A stretch of DNA of 64,000 bases from an uncultured Actinomycetota bacterium (GTDB taxonomy: Bacteria > Actinomycetota > Actinomycetes > Propionibacteriales > Nocardioidaceae). The DNA is taken from contig CAVPRA010000008.1 in the NCBI GenBank assembly GCA_963707685.1, forward strand, positions 74,963 to 138,962, in the 5' to 3' direction. This document shows, piece after piece, positions 61,496 to 64,000 of the stretch (its first letter is position 1; each line of letters begins with the position of its first letter). The position numbers and the translations under genes are program-made. A model generated the notes under the pieces. The model worked only from the letters and a program-made list of their open reading frames with translations, did not search any database and was not told the DNA's origin.

Positions 61496-62494
61496 TCAGT
61501 CGGGTGCCGCCAGGTAGCGGTACGTGTGGTGGGTGCGGAAGCCCAGTGTGGCGTAGAGCGCGAGCGCCGGGGGGTTGTCTCCGCGAACTTGCAGGTACGC
61601 CGTGGTGGCGCCGCGCTCGGCGGCCCAGTCGAGCATCGCGTCCACCACGACGACGGCGAGCCCCTGGCGCCGGTGGCCGGGGGAGACCCAGACGTCCGTG
61701 ATGCCGGCCCAGTCGCCGTCCACGGCGATCCTGCCCTTCGCGACCACCGGGTCGCCGACCGAGACGAACGCGACCTGTGCGGGTCCGTCGAGCACCGCGA
61801 CCGCGGCGTCGTGGTGGGCCGTCGCGCGGGCGTCGTTGGCCAGCCAGGCCTCCGAGACGTGCGCGTCGAGGCGCACCTCCGGAGCCGCGTCCGGCAGCAG
61901 CCGTCGTACGGCGCGCGCGGACTGCGCCACCGGCGCGAGCTGGAACTCGGAGTCGGCCTCGCCGGGTCGCGCGACCTGCCAGCCGGCCTCCTCGAAGCGG
62001 CTGCCGGTGTCGGAGCCGACCACCACCTGGGCCCACGCCGGCAGGTGGTGCTCGGCGTAGAAGGCGAGCGCCTCCTGCACCGCGTCGGCGAACGGACGAC
62101 CGGGGTCGCCGATCGCCATCACGGAGTTGGCGCGGGCGCTGAACCCGCCCGAGGCCCGCAGCAGCCAGTCGCCGACCGACCGCGTGTGCACCGCGGGCCA
62201 CGACGCGTTCGACATCAGGCACGCCTGCTCGGCCGCGACGCGCATCCGGGCCGACGGCCGCGGCGGCACCGGCTTGCCCGAGACGATGTCGGCCAGCGCG
62301 ATCTCGGTCGCGGTGCCGTCCTCGCCGCGCACCCGCGTGGACGTCTCGTCCCACGCCTCCATGACGCCGAGCAGGTCGGTCATCGCGGGGCCGCCGGAGG
62401 GTCCCGTCTGGCCGGGCAGCACCCGTCGCACCACCACCCGGACACCCACGCAGTGGGGGCCGAGACCCGGTGGCAGTCGGGTCGGATCACTCAT
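61496..62494 (-). CDS. GNAT acetyltransferase
   Basis: GFSARANS, HRRQGLA, YLQVRGDNPPALALY..GF. Confidence 0.88.
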   Translation of the reverse strand: MSDPTRLPPGLGPHCVGVRVVVRRVLPGQTGPSGGPAMTDLLGVMEAWDETSTRVRGEDGTATEIALADIVSGKPVPPRPSARMRVAAEQACLMSNASWPAVHTRSVGDWLLRASGGFSARANSVMAIGDPGRPFADAVQEALAFYAEHHLPAWAQVVVGSDTGSRFEEAGWQVARPGEADSEFQLAPVAQSARAVRRLLPDAAPEVRLDAHVSEAWLANDARATAHHDAAVAVLDGPAQVAFVSVGDPVVAKGRIAVDGDWAGITDVWVSPGHRRQGLAVVVVDAMLDWAAERGATTAYLQVRGDNPPALALYATLGFRTHHTYRYLAAPD

Positions 62495-62611
62495 CGCAGC
62501 GGGGCTTTCGTCAGGCGGGACGGGGTTCGGTGCGGACCTCGCCGCACGTGATACTAGGCTGTGGCTGCACCACGCCAGCCACCCCAGACCAGCACCACCG
62601 GGAGGACCAAG

Positions 62612-62938
62612 GTGACCTACGTCATCGCGCAGCCCTGTGTCGACCTGAAGGACCGGGCCTGCGTCGACGAGTGCCCCGTCGACTGCATCTACGAAGGCAA
62701 GCGGATGCTCTACATCCACCCCGACGAGTGCGTCGACTGCGGTGCCTGCGAGCCGGTCTGCCCCGTGGAGGCGATCTTCTACGAGGACGACACGCCGGAG
62801 CAGTGGAAGGACTACTACACCGCGAACGTCGACTTCTTCGAGGACCTCGGCTCGCCCGGCGGCGCCGCCAAGATGGGCGTCATCGACAAGGACCACCCGC
62901 TGATCGCGGCGCTGTCCTACCCGCAGAACGAAGAGTGA
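62612..62938 (+). CDS. fdxA: 7Fe ferredoxin
   Basis: TYVIAQPCVD, CVDECPVDCIYEG, CVDCGACEPVCPV. Confidence 0.97.
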   Translation: MTYVIAQPCVDLKDRACVDECPVDCIYEGKRMLYIHPDECVDCGACEPVCPVEAIFYEDDTPEQWKDYYTANVDFFEDLGSPGGAAKMGVIDKDHPLIAALSYPQNEE

Positions 62939-64000
62939 CCACACCCAGCCCCGACGCGCCGGCCACCTCCCCGAGGTGGGCGGCGCGTTCTGTTTCCCGC
63001 TCGCTGCCCGACTTCCCGTGGGACCGGCTGGTGTCGTACGCCGCGACGGCCCGCGCCCACCCCGGCGGGCTCGTCGACCTCTCCATCGGCACGCCGGTCG
63101 ACCCGACCCCGGACCTGGTGCAGAAGGCCCTCGGGGACGCCGCCGACTCCCCGGGCTACCCGCCGACGGTGGGCCTGCCCGACACGCGGCAGGCCTGCGT
63201 CGACTGGCTCGCGCGGCGGTTCGGCGTCACCGGTCTCGACGCCGACGCGGTGCTGCCGGTGATCGGCTCCAAGGAGCTGATCGCCTCGCTGCCCGACCCA
63301 GCTCGGTCTCGGCGCCGACGACCTCGTGGTGTTCCCGGCGCTGGCCTACCCGACGTACGAGGTGGGCGCCCGGCTCGCCGGTGCCCGGACGCTCGCCGCC
63401 GACGCGCTGACGTCGGTCGGTCCCGAGCGGGTGTCGTTGGTGTGGATCAACTCGCCGTCGAACCCCACCGGCCGCGTGCTGCCGGTCGAGCACCTGCGCA
63501 AGGTGGTCGCCTGGTGCCGGGAGCGCGGCGCCCTGCTGGTCTCCGACGAGTGCTACCTCGAGTGCGCCTGGGAGACCACGCCGGTCTCGGTGCTCCACCC
63601 CGACGTCAGCGACGGCGACCACACCGGCATCCTCGCCGTGCAGTCGCTGTCGAAGCGGTCCAACCTCGCCGGCTACCGCTGCGGCTTCGTGGCCGGCGAC
63701 CGCGACGTGGTCGCCGAGCTGCTCGCCGTCCGCAAGAACCTCGGGCTGCAGATGCCCGGTCCGCAGCAGCGGGCCATGCAGGCGGCGCTCGACGACGACG
63801 CGCACGTGGCCGAGCAGCACGAGCGCTACCGACGCCGGCGCGAGGTGCTGCGCGCCGCCTTCGAGGGGGCCGGCTTCCGGGTCGACCACTCCGAGGCGTC
63901 GCTCTACCTCTGGACGACCCGCGACGAGCCGTGCTGGGACACCGTCGGCCGGCTGGCCGAGCGGGGCGTGCTGGTCGCGCCGGGGGAGTTCTACGGCCGC
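62935..64000 (+). CDS. dapC: N-succinyldiaminopimelate aminotransferase (partial; frameshift near 63300)
   Basis: LPDFPWD, DLSIGTPVDP, GSKE, NSPSNPTG, SDECY, SLSKRSNLAGYR; follows fdxA. Confidence 0.93.
   Translation, partial: MTTPSPDAPATSPRWAARSVSRSLPDFPWDRLVSYAATARAHPGGLVDLSIGTPVDPTPDLVQKALGDAADSPGYPPTVGLPDTRQACVDWLARRFGVTGLDADAVLPVIGSKELIASLPDPARSRRRRPRGVPGAGLPDVRGGRPARRCPDARRRRADVGRSRAGVVGVDQLAVEPHRPRAAGRAPAQGGRLVPGARRPAGLRRVLPRVRLGDHAGLGAPPRRQRRRPHRHPRRAVAVEAVQPRRLPLRLRGRRPRRGRRAARRPQEPRAADARSAAAGHAGGARRRRARGRAARALPTPARGAARRLRGGRLPGRPLRGVALPLDDPRRAVLGHRRPAGRAGRAGRAGGVLRP

Overview
High-GC actinobacterial chromosome segment; gene content and order suggest Nocardioidaceae (Nocardioides/Marmoricola-like), which is an inference. 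Two conserved backbones are visible: class I fumarase-DUF1707...glpX...DUF4245-xseB-xseA-ispH-DUF6542-rmuC-xth-ychF, and mshB-DUF6113-VanW...GNAT-fdxA-dapC. Accessory blocks interrupt them: an ABC importer with msiK and its leader RNA, a molybdate (mod) operon, a PKD/beta-helix secreted protein, a partly decayed region after ychF (orphan holin, deleted amidase), a fadD-phaC-phaZ-ACAD polyhydroxyalkanoate operon, a GH15 and a heme peroxidase. No tRNA, rRNA, CRISPR, integrase or transposase was recognised. Single-base frameshifts cluster at about 1-10.5 kb, 41-46 kb and 63.3 kb and probably reflect sequencing errors. The standout locus is 53.5-60.0 kb. There, an AAA-ATPase/LuxR (LAL-type) regulator converges on a tightly coupled four-gene operon encoding: (i) a 391-aa protein with five Gly-zipper cores (PA-G[FL][FL]G...LPF) separated by conserved PQSxGP spacers; (ii) a 109-aa helical protein; (iii) an 80-aa stand-alone copy of the protease prodomain; and (iv) a signal-less S8 subtilase. 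Both promoter regions share a CTACTCA-type palindromic motif. This looks like an undescribed protease-matured multicore peptide system.
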